Source: Eledone cirrhosa (lineage: Eukaryota). Taken from it: DNA of 64,000 bases. A program made the position numbers and the translations under genes. The notes below the pieces were generated by a model. It saw only the letters and a program-made list of their open reading frames with translations. It was not told where the DNA came from and ran no database searches. The stretch is from positions 28,830,001-28,894,000 of the forward strand of contig OZ024741.1 of assembly GCA_964016885.1 (NCBI GenBank), in the 5' to 3' direction. Positions 1 to 11,900 of this stretch are shown in pieces. The stretch's first letter is position 1. Every line of letters starts with the position of its first letter.

Positions 1-2535
1 GTCTCAGAGTGTCTGGAGAAGATGTATCTCCCCCGTGTCTATTGTGTGGTGGTGCAGTTATAACAGTGGCACACATTGTCTCAGAGTGTCTGGGGAAGTT
101 GTATCTCCTCTGTGTCTATTGTGTGCTGGTGAATTTATAACAGTGGCACACATTGTCTCAGAGTGTCTGGAGAAGATGTATCTCCTCTGTGTCTATTGTG
201 TGGTGGTACAGTAATAACAGTGGCACACTATGTCTCAGAGTGTCTGGAGAAGATGTATCTCCCCCGTGTCTATTGTGTGGTGGTGCAGTTATAACAGTGG
301 CACACATTGTCTCAGAGTGTCTGGAGAAGATGTATCTCCTCTGTGTCTATTGTGTGGAGGTGCAGTCATAACAGTGGCATACATTTTCTCAGAGTGTCTG
401 GAGAAGATGTATCTCCTCTGTGTCTATTGTGTAGTGGTGCAGTTATAACAGTGGCATACATTGTCTCAGAGTGTCTGGAGAAGATGTATCTCCTCTGTGT
501 CTATTGTGTGGTGGTGCAGTTATAACAGTGGCACACATTGTCTCAGAGTGTCTGGAGAAGATGTATCTCCTCTGTGTCTATTGTGTGGTGGTGCAGTTAT
601 AACAGTGGCGGACATTGTCTCAGAGTGTCTGAAAAAGATGTATCTCCCCTGTGTATATTGTGTGGTTGTGCAGTTATAACAGTGGCACACATTGTCTCAG
701 AGTGTCTGGAGAATATGTTTCTCCTCTGTGTCTATTGTGTGGTGGTGCAGTTATAACGGTGGCACACATTGTCTCAGAGTGTCTGGAGAAGATGTATCTC
801 CTCTGTGTCTATTGTGTAGTGATGCAATTATAACAGTGGCACACATTGTCTCAGAGTGTCTGGAGAAGATGTATCTCCTCTGTGTCTATTGTGTGGTGGT
901 GCAGTTATAACGGTGGCACACATTGTCTCAGAGTGTCTGGAGAAGATGTATCACCTCTGTGTCTATTGTGTGGTGGTGCAGTTATAACAGTGGCACACAT
1001 TGTCTCAGAGTGTCTGGAGAAGATGTATCTCCTCTGTGTCTATTGTGTGGTGGTGCAGTTATAACAGTGGCACACATTGTCTCAGAGTGTCTGGAGAAGA
1101 TGTATCACCTCTGTGTCTATTGTGTGGTGGTGCAGTTATAACAGTGGCACACATTGTCTCAGAGTGTCTGGAGAAGATGTATCTCCTCTGTGTCTATTGT
1201 GTGGTGGTGCAGTTATAACAGTGGCGGACATTGTCTCAGAGTGTCTGAAAAAGATGTATCTCCCCTGTGTCTATTGTGTGGTGGTGCAGTTATAACAGTG
1301 GCACACATTGTCTCAGAGTGTCTGGAGAAGATGTATCTCCTCTGTGTCTATTGTGTGGAGGTGCAGTTATAACAGTGGCATACATTGTCTCAGAGTGTCT
1401 GGAGAAGATGTATCTCCTCTGTGTCTATTGTGTGGTGGTGCAGTCATAACAGTGGCATACATTGTCTCAGAGTGTCTGGAGAAGATGTATCTCCTCTGTG
1501 TCTATTGTGTAGTGGTGCAGTTATAACAGTGGCATACATTGTCTCAGAGTGTCTGGAGAAGATGTATCTCCTCTGTGTCTATTGTGTGGTGGTGCACTTA
1601 TAACAGTGGCACACATTGTCTCAGAGTGTCTGGAGAAGATGTATCTCCTCTGTGTCTATTGTGTGGTGGTGCAGTTATAACAGTGGCATACATTGTCTCA
1701 GAGTGTCTGGAGAAGATGTATCTCCCCCGTGTCTATTGTGTGGTGGTGCAGTTATAACAGTGGCACACATTGTCTCAGAGTGTCTGGGGAAGTTGTATCT
1801 CCTCTGTGTCTATTGTGTGCTGGTGAATTTATAACAGTGGCACACATTGTCTCAGAGTGTCTGGAGAAGATGTATCTCCTCTGTGTCTATTGTGTGGTGG
1901 TACAGTAATAACAGTGGCACACTATGTCTCAGAGTGTCTGGAGAAGATGTATCTCCCCCGTGTCTATTGTGTGGTGGTGCAGTTATAACAGTGGCACACA
2001 TTGTCTCAGAGTGTCTGGAGAAGATGTATCTCCTCTGTGTCTATTGTGTGGAGGTGCAGTCATAACAGTGGCATACATTGTCTCAGAGTGTCTGGAGAAG
2101 ATGTATCTCCTCTGTGTCTATTGTGTAGTGGTGCAGTTATAACAGTGGCATACATTGTCTCAGAGTGTCTGGAGAAGATGTATCTCCTCTGTGTCTATTG
2201 TGTGGTGGTGCAGTTATAACAGTGGCACACATTGTCTCAGAGTGTCTGGAGAAGATGTATCTCCTCTGTGTCTATTGTGTGGTGGTGCAGTTATAACAGT
2301 GGCGGACATTGTCTCAGAGTGTCTGAAAAAGATGTATCTCCCCTGTGTATATTGTGTGGTTGTGCAGTTATAACAGTGGCACACATTGTCTCAGAGTGTC
2401 TGGAGAATATGTTTCTCCTCTGTGTCTATTGTGTGGTGGTGCAGTTATAACGGTGGCACACATTGTCTCAGAGTGTCTGGAGAAGATGTATCTCCTCTGT
2501 GTCTATTGTGTAGTGATGCAATTATAACAGTGGCA
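1..2535. repeat. Higher-order copy pair with offset 1694 bp (22 monomers): about 1-840 matches about 1695-2535
   Basis: Same ordered variants (CCCCG, GGGGAAGTT+GCTGGTGAATT, GGTACAGTAA, GCGGAC/GAAAAAG, GAATATGTTT) at both places. ORFs 153 vs 1847 and 538 vs 2232 are identical. Confidence 0.85.
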
Positions 2536-5500
2536 CACATTGTCTCAGAGTGTCTGGAGAATATGTTTCTCCTCTGTGTCTATTGTGTGGTGGTGCAGTT
2601 ATAACGGTGGCACACATTGTCTCAGAGTGTCTGGAGAAGATGTATCTCCTCTGTGCCTATTGTGTGGTGGTGCAGTTATAAAAGTGGCGGACATTGTCTC
2701 AGAGTGTCTGAAAAAGATGTATCTCCCTGTGTCTATTGTGGGGTGGTGCAGTTATAACAGTGGCACACATTGTCTCAGAGTGTCTGGAGAAGATGTATCT
2801 CCTCTGTGTCTATTGTGTGGAGGTGCAGTTATAACAGTGGCATACATTGTCTCAGAGTGTCTGGAGAAGATGTATCTCCTCTGTGTCTATTGTGTGGTGG
2901 TGCAGTTATAACAGTGGCACACATTGTCTCAGAGTGTCTGGAGAAGATATATCTCCTCTGTGTCTATTGTGTGGTGGTGCAGTTATAACAGTGGCATACA
3001 TTGTCTCAGAGTGTCTGGAGAAGATGTATCTCCTCTGTGTCTATTGTGTGGAGGTGCAGTTATAACAGTGGCACACATTGTCTCAGAGTGTCTGGAGAAG
3101 ATGTATCTCCTCTGTGTCTATTGTGTGGTGGTGCAGTTATAACAGTGGCGGACATTGTCTCAGAGTGTCTGAAAAAGATGTATCTCCCCTGTGTCTATTG
3201 TGTAGTGGTGCAGTTATAACAGTGGCACACATTGTCTCAGAGTGTCTGGAGAAGATGTATCTCCTCTGTGTCTATTGTGTGGTGGTGCAGTTATAACAGT
3301 GGCGGACATTGTCTCAGAGTGTCTGAAAAAGATGTATCTCCCCTGTGTCTATTGTGTAGTGGTGCAGTTATAACAGTGGTACACATTGTCTCAGAGTGTC
3401 TGGAGAATATGTATCTCCTCTGTGTCTATTGTGTGGTGGTGCAGTTATAACAGTGGAACACATTGTCTCAGAGTGTCTGGAGAAGATGTATCTCCTCTGT
3501 GTCTATTGTGTGGAGGTGCAGTTATAACAGTGGCACACTATGTCTCAGAGTGTCTGGAGAAGATGTATCTCCCCCGTGTCTATTGTGTGGTGGTGCAGTT
3601 ATAACAGTGGCACACATTGTCTCATAGTGTCTGGAGAAGATGTATCTCCTCTGTGTCTATTGTGTAGTGATGCAGTTATAACAGTGGTACACATTGTCTC
3701 AGAGTGTCTGGAGAAGATGTTTCTCCTCTGTGTCTATTGTGTGGTGGTGCAGTAATAACAGTGGCACACATTGTCTCAGAGTGTCTGGAGAAGATGTTTC
3801 TCCTCTGTGTCTATTGTGTGGTGGTGCAGTTATAACAGTGGCACACTATGTCTCAGAGTGTCTGGAGAAGATGTTTCTCCTCTGTGTCTATTGTGTGGTG
3901 GTGCAGTTATAACAGTGGCATACATTGTCTCAGAGTGTCTGGAGAAGATGTATCTCCTCTGTGTCTATTGTGTGGTGGTGCAGTTATAACAGTGGCACAC
4001 ATTGTCTCAGAGTGTCTGGAGAAGATGTATCTCCCCCGTGTCTATTGTGTGGTGGTGCAGTTATAACAGTGGCACACATTGTCTCATAGTGTCTGGAGAA
4101 GATGTATCTCCTCTGTGTCTATTGTGTAGTGATGCAGTTATAACAGTGGCGGACATTGTCTCAGAGTGTCTGAAAAAGATGTATCTCCCCTGTGTATATT
4201 GTGTGGTTGTGCAGTTATAACAGTGGCACACATTGTCTCAGAGTGTCTGGAGAATATGTTTCTCCTCTGTGTCTATTGTGTGGTGGTGCAGTTATAACGG
4301 TGGCACACATTGTCTCAGAGTGTCTGGAGAAGATGTATCTCCTCTGTGTCTATTGTGTAGTGATGCAATTATAACAGTGGCACACATTGTCTCAGAGTGT
4401 CTGGAGAATATGTTTCTCCTCTGTGTCTATTGTGTGGTGGTGCAGTTATAACGGTGGCACACATTGTCTCAGAGTGTCTGGAGAAGATGTATCTCCTCTG
4501 TGTCTATTGTGTGGTGGTGCAGTTATAAAAGTGGCGGACATTGTCTCAGAGTGTCTGAAAAAGATGTATCTCCCTGTGTCTATTGTGGGGTGGTGCAGTT
4601 ATAACAGTGGCACACATTGTCCCAGAGTGTCTGGAGAAGATGTATCTCCTCTGTGTCTATTGTGTGGAGGTGCAGTTATAACAGTGGCATACATTGTCTC
4701 AGAGTGTCTGGAGAAGATGTATCTCCTCTGTGTCTATTGTGTGGTGGTGCAGTTATAACAGTGGCACACATTGTCTCAGAGTGTCTGGAGAAGATATATC
4801 TCCTCTGTGTCTATTGTGTGGTGGTGCAGTTATAACAGTGGCATACATTGTCTCAGAGTGTCTGGAGAAGATGTATCTCCTCTGTGTCTATTGTGTGGAG
4901 GTGCAGTTATAACAGTGGCACACATTGTCTCAGAGTGTCTGGAGAAGATGTATCTCCTCTGTGTCTATTGTGTGGTGGTGCAGTTATAACAGTGGCGGAC
5001 ATTGTCTCAGAGTGTCTGAAAAAGATGTATCTCCCCTGTGTCTATTGTGTAGTGGTGCAGTTATAACAGTGGCACACATTGTCTCAGAGTGTCTGGAGAA
5101 GATGTATCTCCTCTGTGTCTATTGTGTGGTGGTGCAGTTATAACAGTGGCGGACATTGTCTCAGAGTGTCTGAAAAAGATGTATCTCCCCTGTGTCTATT
5201 GTGTAGTGGTGCAGTTATAACAGTGGTACACATTGTCTCAGAGTGTCTGGAGAAGATGTATCTCCTCTGTGTCTATTGTGTGGTGGTGCAGTTATAACAG
5301 TGGAACACATTGTCTCAGAGTGTCTGGAGAAGATGTATCTCCTCTGTGTCTATTGTGTGGAGGTGCAGTTATAACAGTGGCACACTATGTCTCAGAGTGT
5401 CTGGAGAAGATGTATCTCCCCCGTGTCTATTGTGTGGTGGTGCAGTTATAACAGTGGCACACATTGTCTCATAGTGTCTGGAGAAGATGTATCTCCTCTG

Positions 5501-5877
5501 TGTCTATTGTGTAGTGATGCAGTTATAACAGTGGTACACATTGTCTCAGAGTGTCTGGAGAAGATGTTTCTCCTCTGTGTCTATTGTGTGGTGGTGCAGT
5601 AATAACAGTGGCACACATTGTCTCAGAGTGTCTGGAGAAGATGTTTCTCCTCTGTGTCTATTGTGTGGTGGTGCAGTTATAACAGTGGCACACTATGTCT
5701 CAGAGTGTCTGGAGAAGATGTTTCTCCTCTGTGTCTATTGTGTGGTGGTGCAGTTATAACAGTGGCATACATTGTCTCAGAGTGTCTGGAGAAGATGTAT
5801 CTCCTCTGTGTCTATTGTGTGGTGGTGCAGTTATAACAGTGGCACACATTGTCTCAGAGTGTCTGGAGAAGATGTAT
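2301..5877. repeat. Higher-order duplication with period 1847 bp (24x77-1): about 2301-4030 and 4148-5877
   Basis: Both copies carry the 76-bp monomer (ATCTCCCTGT, C-run at 2725 and 4572) and the TTATAAAAGT variant. The 123-aa frameshift ORFs lie at 2540 and 4387. Confidence 0.9.
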
Positions 5878-8534
5878 CACCTCTGTGTCTATTGTGTGGT
5901 GGTGCAGTTATAACAGTGGCACACATTGTCTCAGAGTGTCTGGAGAAGATGTATCTCCTCTGTGTCTATTGTGTGGTGGTGCAGTTATAACAGTGGCACA
6001 CATTGTCTCAGAGTGTCTGGAGAAGATGTATCACCTCTGTGTCTATTGTGTGGTGGTGCAGTTATAACAGTGGCACACATTGTCTCAGAGTGTCTGGAGA
6101 AGATGTATCTCCTCTGTGTCTATTGTGTGGTGGTGCAGTTATAACAGTGGCGGACATTGTCTCAGAGTGTCTGAAAAAGATGTATCTCCCCTGTGTCTAT
6201 TGTGTGGTGGTGCAGTTATAACAGTGGCACACATTGTCTCAGAGTGTCTGGAGAAGATGTATCTCCTCTGTGTCTATTGTGTGGAGGTGCAGTTATAACA
6301 GTGGCATACATTGTCTCAGAGTGTCTGGAGAAGATGTATCTCCTCTGTGTCTATTGTGTGGTGGTGCAGTTATAACAGTGGCACACATTGTCTCAGAATG
6401 TCTGGAGAAGATGTATCTCCTCTGTGTCTATTGTGTGGTGGTGCAGTTATAACAGTGGAACACATTGTCTCAGAGTGTCTGGAGAAGATGTATCTCCTCT
6501 GTGTCTATTGTGTGGTGGTGCAGTTATAACAGTGGCACACATTGTCTCAGAGTGTCTGGAGAAGATGTATCTCCTCTGTGTCTATTGTGTGGTGGTGTAG
6601 TTATAACAGTGGCATACATTGTCTCAGAGTGTCTGGAGAAGATGTATCTCCTCTGTGTCTATTGTGTGGTGGTGCAGTTATAACAGTGTCACACATTGTC
6701 TCAGAGTGTCTGGAGAAGATGAATCTCCTCTGTGTCTATTGTGTGGTGGTGGAGTTATAACAGTGGCACACATTGTCTCAGAGTGTCTGGAGAAGATGTA
6801 TCTCCTCTGTGTCTATTGTGTGGTGGTGCAGTTATAACAGTGGAACACATTGTCTCAGAGTGTCTGGAGAAGATGTATCTCCTCTGTGTCTATTGTGTGG
6901 TGGTGCAGTTATAACAGTGGCACACATTGTCTCAGAGTGTCTGGAGAAGATGTATCTCCTCTGTGTCTATTGTGTGGTGGTGTAGTTATAACAGTGGCAT
7001 ACATTGTCTCAGAGTGTCTGGAGAAGATGTATCTCCTCTGTGTCTATTGTGTGGAGGTGCAGTTATAACAGTGGCACACTATGTCTCAGAGTGTCTGGAG
7101 AAGATGTATCTCCCCCGTGTCTATTGTGTGGTGGTGCAGTTATAACAGTGGCACACATTGTCTCATAGTGTCTGGAGAAGATGTATCTCCTCTGTGTCTA
7201 TTGTGTAGTGATGCAGTTATAACAGTGGTACACATTGTCTCAGAGTGTCTGGAGAAGATGTTTCTCCTCTGTGTCTATTGTGTGGTGGTGCAGTAATAAC
7301 AGTGGCACACATTGTCTCAGAGTGTCTGGAGAAGATGTTTCTCCTCTGTGTCTATTGTGTGGTGGTGCAGTTATAACAGTGGCACACTATGTCTCAGAGT
7401 GTCTGGAGAAGATGTTTCTCCTCTGTGTCTATTGTGTGGTGGTGCAGTTATAACAGTGGCATACATTGTCTCAGAGTGTCTGGAGAAGATGTATCTCCTC
7501 TGTGTCTATTGTGTGGTGGTGCAGTTATAACAGTGGCACACATTGTCTCAGAGTGTCTGGAGAAGATGTATCACCTCTGTGTCTATTGTGTGGTGGTGCA
7601 GTTATAACAGTGGCACACATTGTCTCAGAGTGTCTGGAGAAGATGTATCTCCTCTGTGTCTATTGTGTGGTGGTGCAGTTATAACAGTGGCACACATTGT
7701 CTCAGAGTGTCTGGAGAAGATGTATCACCTCTGTGTCTATTGTGTGGTGGTGCAGTTATAACAGTGGCACACATTGTCTCAGAGTGTCTGGAGAAGATGT
7801 ATCTCCTCTGTGTCTATTGTGTGGTGGTGCAGTTATAACAGTGGCGGACATTGTCTCAGAGTGTCTGAAAAAGATGTATCTCCCCTGTGTCTATTGTGTG
7901 GTGGTGCAGTTATAACAGTGGCACACATTGTCTCAGAGTGTCTGGAGAAGATGTATCTCCTCTGTGTCTATTGTGTGGAGGTGCAGTTATAACAGTGGCA
8001 TACATTGTCTCAGAGTGTCTGGAGAAGATGTATCTCCTCTGTGTCTATTGTGTGGTGGTGCAGTTATAACAGTGGCACACATTGTCTCAGAATGTCTGGA
8101 GAAGATGTATCTCCTCTGTGTCTATTGTGTGGTGGTGCAGTTATAACAGTGGAACACATTGTCTCAGAGTGTCTGGAGAAGATGTATCTCCTCTGTGTCT
8201 ATTGTGTGGTGGTGCAGTTATAACAGTGGCACACATTGTCTCAGAGTGTCTGGAGAAGATGTATCTCCTCTGTGTCTATTGTGTGGTGGTGTAGTTATAA
8301 CAGTGGCATACATTGTCTCAGAGTGTCTGGAGAAGATGTATCTCCTCTGTGTCTATTGTGTGGTGGTGCAGTTATAACAGTGTCACACATTGTCTCAGAG
8401 TGTCTGGAGAAGATGAATCTCCTCTGTGTCTATTGTGTGGTGGTGGAGTTATAACAGTGGCACACATTGTCTCAGAGTGTCTGGAGAAGATGTATCTCCT
8501 CTGTGTCTATTGTGTGGTGGTGCAGTTATAACAG
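5310..8534. repeat. Tandem higher-order duplication with period 1694 bp (22 monomers)
   Basis: The ORF series 5387-6732 is repeated at 7081-8426. Shared rare variants GATGAATC/GGTGGAGTT (about 6721 and 8415) and GGTGTAGTT. Confidence 0.9.
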
Positions 8535-8929
8535 TGGCACACATTGTCTCAGAGTGTGTGGAGAAGATGTATCTCCTCTGTGTCTATTGTGTGGTGATGC
8601 AGTTATAACAGTGGCACACATTGTCTCAGAGTGTGTGGAGAAGATGTATCTCCTCTGTGTCTATTGTGTGGTGGCGCAGTTATAACAGTGGTACACATTG
8701 TCTCAGAGTGTCTGGAGAAGATGTATCTCCCCTGTGTCTATTGTGTGGAGGTGCAGTTATAACAGTGGCATACATTGTCTCAGAGTGTCTGGAGAAGATG
8801 TATCTCCTCTGTGTCTATTGTGTAGTGGTGCAGTTATAACAGTGGCACACATTGTCTCAGAGTGTCTGGAGAAGATGTATCTCCCCGTGTCTATTGTGTG
8901 GTGGTGCAGTTATAACAGTGGCACACATT

Positions 8930-11900
8930 GTCTCAGAGTGTCTGGGGAAGTTGTATCTCCTCTGTGTCTATTGTGTGCTGGTGAATTTATAACAGTGGCA
9001 CACATTGTCTCAGAGTGTCTGGAGAAGATGTATCTCCTCTGTGTCTATTGTGTGGTGGTACAGTAATAACAGTGGCACACTATGTCTCAGAGTGTCTGGA
9101 GAAGATGTATCTCCCCCGTGTCTATTGTGTGGTGGTGCAGTTATAACAGTGGCACACATTGTCTCAGAGTGTCTGGAGAAGATGTATCTCCTCTGTGTCT
9201 ATTGTGTGGAGGTGCAGTCATAACAGTGGCATACATTGTCTCAGAGTGTCTGGAGAAGATGTATCTCCTCTGTGTCTATTGTGTAGTGGTGCAGTTATAA
9301 CAGTGGCATACATTGTCTCAGAGTGTCTGGAGAAGATGTATCTCCTCTGTGTCTATTGTGTGGTGGTGCAGTTATAACAGTGGCACACATTGTCTCAGAG
9401 TGTCTGGAGAAGATGTATCTCCTCTGTGTCTATTGTGTGGTGGTGCAGTTATAACAGTGGCATACATTGTCTCAGAGTGTCTGGAGAAGATGTATCTCCC
9501 CCGTGTCTATTGTGTGGTGGTGCAGTTATAACAGTGGCACACATTGTCTCAGAGTGTCTGGGGAAGTTGTATCTCCTCTGTGTCTATTGTGTGCTGGTGA
9601 ATTTATAACAGTGGCACACATTGTCTCAGAGTGTCTGGAGAAGATGTATCTCCTCTGTGTCTATTGTGTGGTGGTACAGTAATAACAGTGGCACACTATG
9701 TCTCAGAGTGTCTGGAGAAGATGTATCTCCCCCGTGTCTATTGTGTGGTGGTGCAGTTATAACAGTGGCACACATTGTCTCAGAGTGTCTGGAGAAGATG
9801 TATCTCCTCTGTGTCTATTGTGTGGAGGTGCAGTCATAACAGTGGCATACATTTTCTCAGAGTGTTTGGAGAAGATGTATCTCCTCTGTGTCTATTGTGT
9901 AGTGGTGCAGTTATAACAGTGGCATACATTGTCTCAGAGTGTCTGGAGAAGATGTATCTCCTCTGTGTCTATTGTGTGGTGGTGCAGTTATAACAGTGGC
10001 ACACATTGTCTCAGAGTGTCTGGAGAAGATGTATCTCCTCTGTGTCTATTGTGTGGTGGTGCAGTTATAACAGTGGCGGACATTGTCTCAGAGTGTCTGA
10101 AAAAGATGTATCTCCCCTGTGTATATTGTGTGGTTGTGCAGTTATAACAGTGGCACACATTGTCTCAGAGTGTCTGGAGAATATGTTTCTCCTCTGTGTC
10201 TATTGTGTGGTGGTGCAGTTATAACGGTGGCACACATTGTCTCAGAGTGTCTGGAGAAGATGTATCTCCTCTGTGTCTATTGTGTAGTGATGCAATTATA
10301 ACAGTGGCACACATTGTCTCAGAGTGTCTGGAGAATATGTTTCTCCTCTGTGTCTATTGTGTGGTGGTGCAGTTATAACAGTGGCACACATTGTCTCAGA
10401 GTGTCTGGAGAAGATGTATCTCCTCTGTGCCTATTGTGTGGTGGTGCAGTTATAACAGTGGCGGACATTGTCTCAGAGTGTCTGAAAAAGATGTATCTCC
10501 CCTGTGTCTATTGTGGGGTGGTGCAGTTATAACAGTGTCACACATTGTCTCAGAGTGTCTGGAGAAGATGTATCTCCTCTGTGTCTATTGTGTGGAGGTG
10601 CAGTTATAACAGTGGCATACATTGTCTCAGAGTGTCTGGAGAAGATGTATCTCCTCTGTGTCTATTGTGTGGTGGTGCAGTTATAACAGTGGCACACATT
10701 GTCTCAGAGTGTCTGGAGAAGATGTATCTCCTCTGTGTCTATTGTGTGGTGGTGCAGTTATAACAGTGGCATACATTGTCTCAGAGTGTCTGGAGAAGAT
10801 GTATCTCCTCTGTGTCTATTGTGTGGAGGTGCAGTTATAACAGTGGCACACATTGTCTCAGAGTGTCTGGAGAAGATGTATCTCCTCTGTGTCTATTGTG
10901 TGGTGGTGCAGTTATAACAGTGGCGGACATTGTCTCAGAGTGTCTGAAAAAGATGTATCTCCCCCGTGTCTATTGTGTGGTGGTGCAGTTATAACAGTGG
11001 CACACATTGTCTCAGAGTGTCTGGAGAAGATGTATCTCCTCTGTGTCTATTGTGTGGAGGTGCAGTCATAACAGTGGCATACATTGTCTCAGAGTGTCTG
11101 GAGAAGATGTATCTCCTCTGTGTCTATTGTGTAGTGGTGCAGTTATAACAGTGGCATACATTGTCTCAGAGTGTCTGGAGAAGATGTATCTCCTCTGTGT
11201 CTATTGTGTGGTGGTGCAGTTATAACAGTGGCACACATTGTCTCAGAGTGTCTGGAGAAGATGTTTCTCCTCTGTGTCTATTGTGTGGTGGTGCAGTTAT
11301 AACGGTGGCACACATTGTCTCAGAGTGTCTGGAGAAGATGTATCTCCTCTGTGTCTATTGTGTGGTGGTGCAGTTATAACAGTGGCACACATTGTCTCAG
11401 AGTGTCTGGAGAAGATGTATCTCCTCTGTGTCTATTGTGTGGTGGTGCAGTTATAACAGTGGCGGACATTGTCTCAGAGTGTCTGAAAAAGATGTATCTC
11501 CCCTGTGTATATTGTGTGGTTGTGCAGTTATAACAGTGGCACACATTGTCTCAGAGTGTCTGGAGAATATGTTTCTCCTCTGTGTCTATTGTGTGGTGGT
11601 GCAGTTATAACGGTGGCACACATTGTCTCAGAGTGTCTGGAGAAGATGTATCTCCTCTGTGCCTATTGTGTGGTGGTGCAGTTATAACAGTGGCGGACAT
11701 TGTCTCAGAGTGTCTGAAAAAGATGTATCTCCCCTGTGTCTATTGTGGGGTGGTGCAGTTATAACAGTGGCACACATTGTCTCAGAGTGTCTGGAGAAGA
11801 TGAATCTCCTCTGTGTCTATTGTGTGGAGGTGCAGTTATAACAGTGGCATACATTGTCTCAGAGTGTCTGGAGAAGATGTATCTCCTCTGTGTCTATTGT

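Noticed and set aside
44-54. Chi-like, telomere-like or G-quadruplex motif GTGTGGTGGTG
   Set aside because: Not an exact GCTGGTGG Chi site, not a short-period telomeric repeat, and only GG runs, too few and too far apart for a convincing quadruplex.
57-64. TATAA as a TATA-box promoter
   Set aside because: A five-base match repeated in every monomer, with no downstream gene or other promoter evidence.
47-69. tRNA or SINE derivation (tRNA-like length; TGGTGCAGTT resembles a Pol III A box)
   Set aside because: No B box (GTTCRA) on either strand and no cloverleaf that I can fold. tRNAscan-SE or Infernal would be decisive.
1-154. Satellite-encoded hammerhead ribozyme, as in newt or schistosome satellites
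   Set aside because: The core CTGANGA plus GAAA arrangement is absent from the consensus on both strands; the minus strand has only CTGAGAC.
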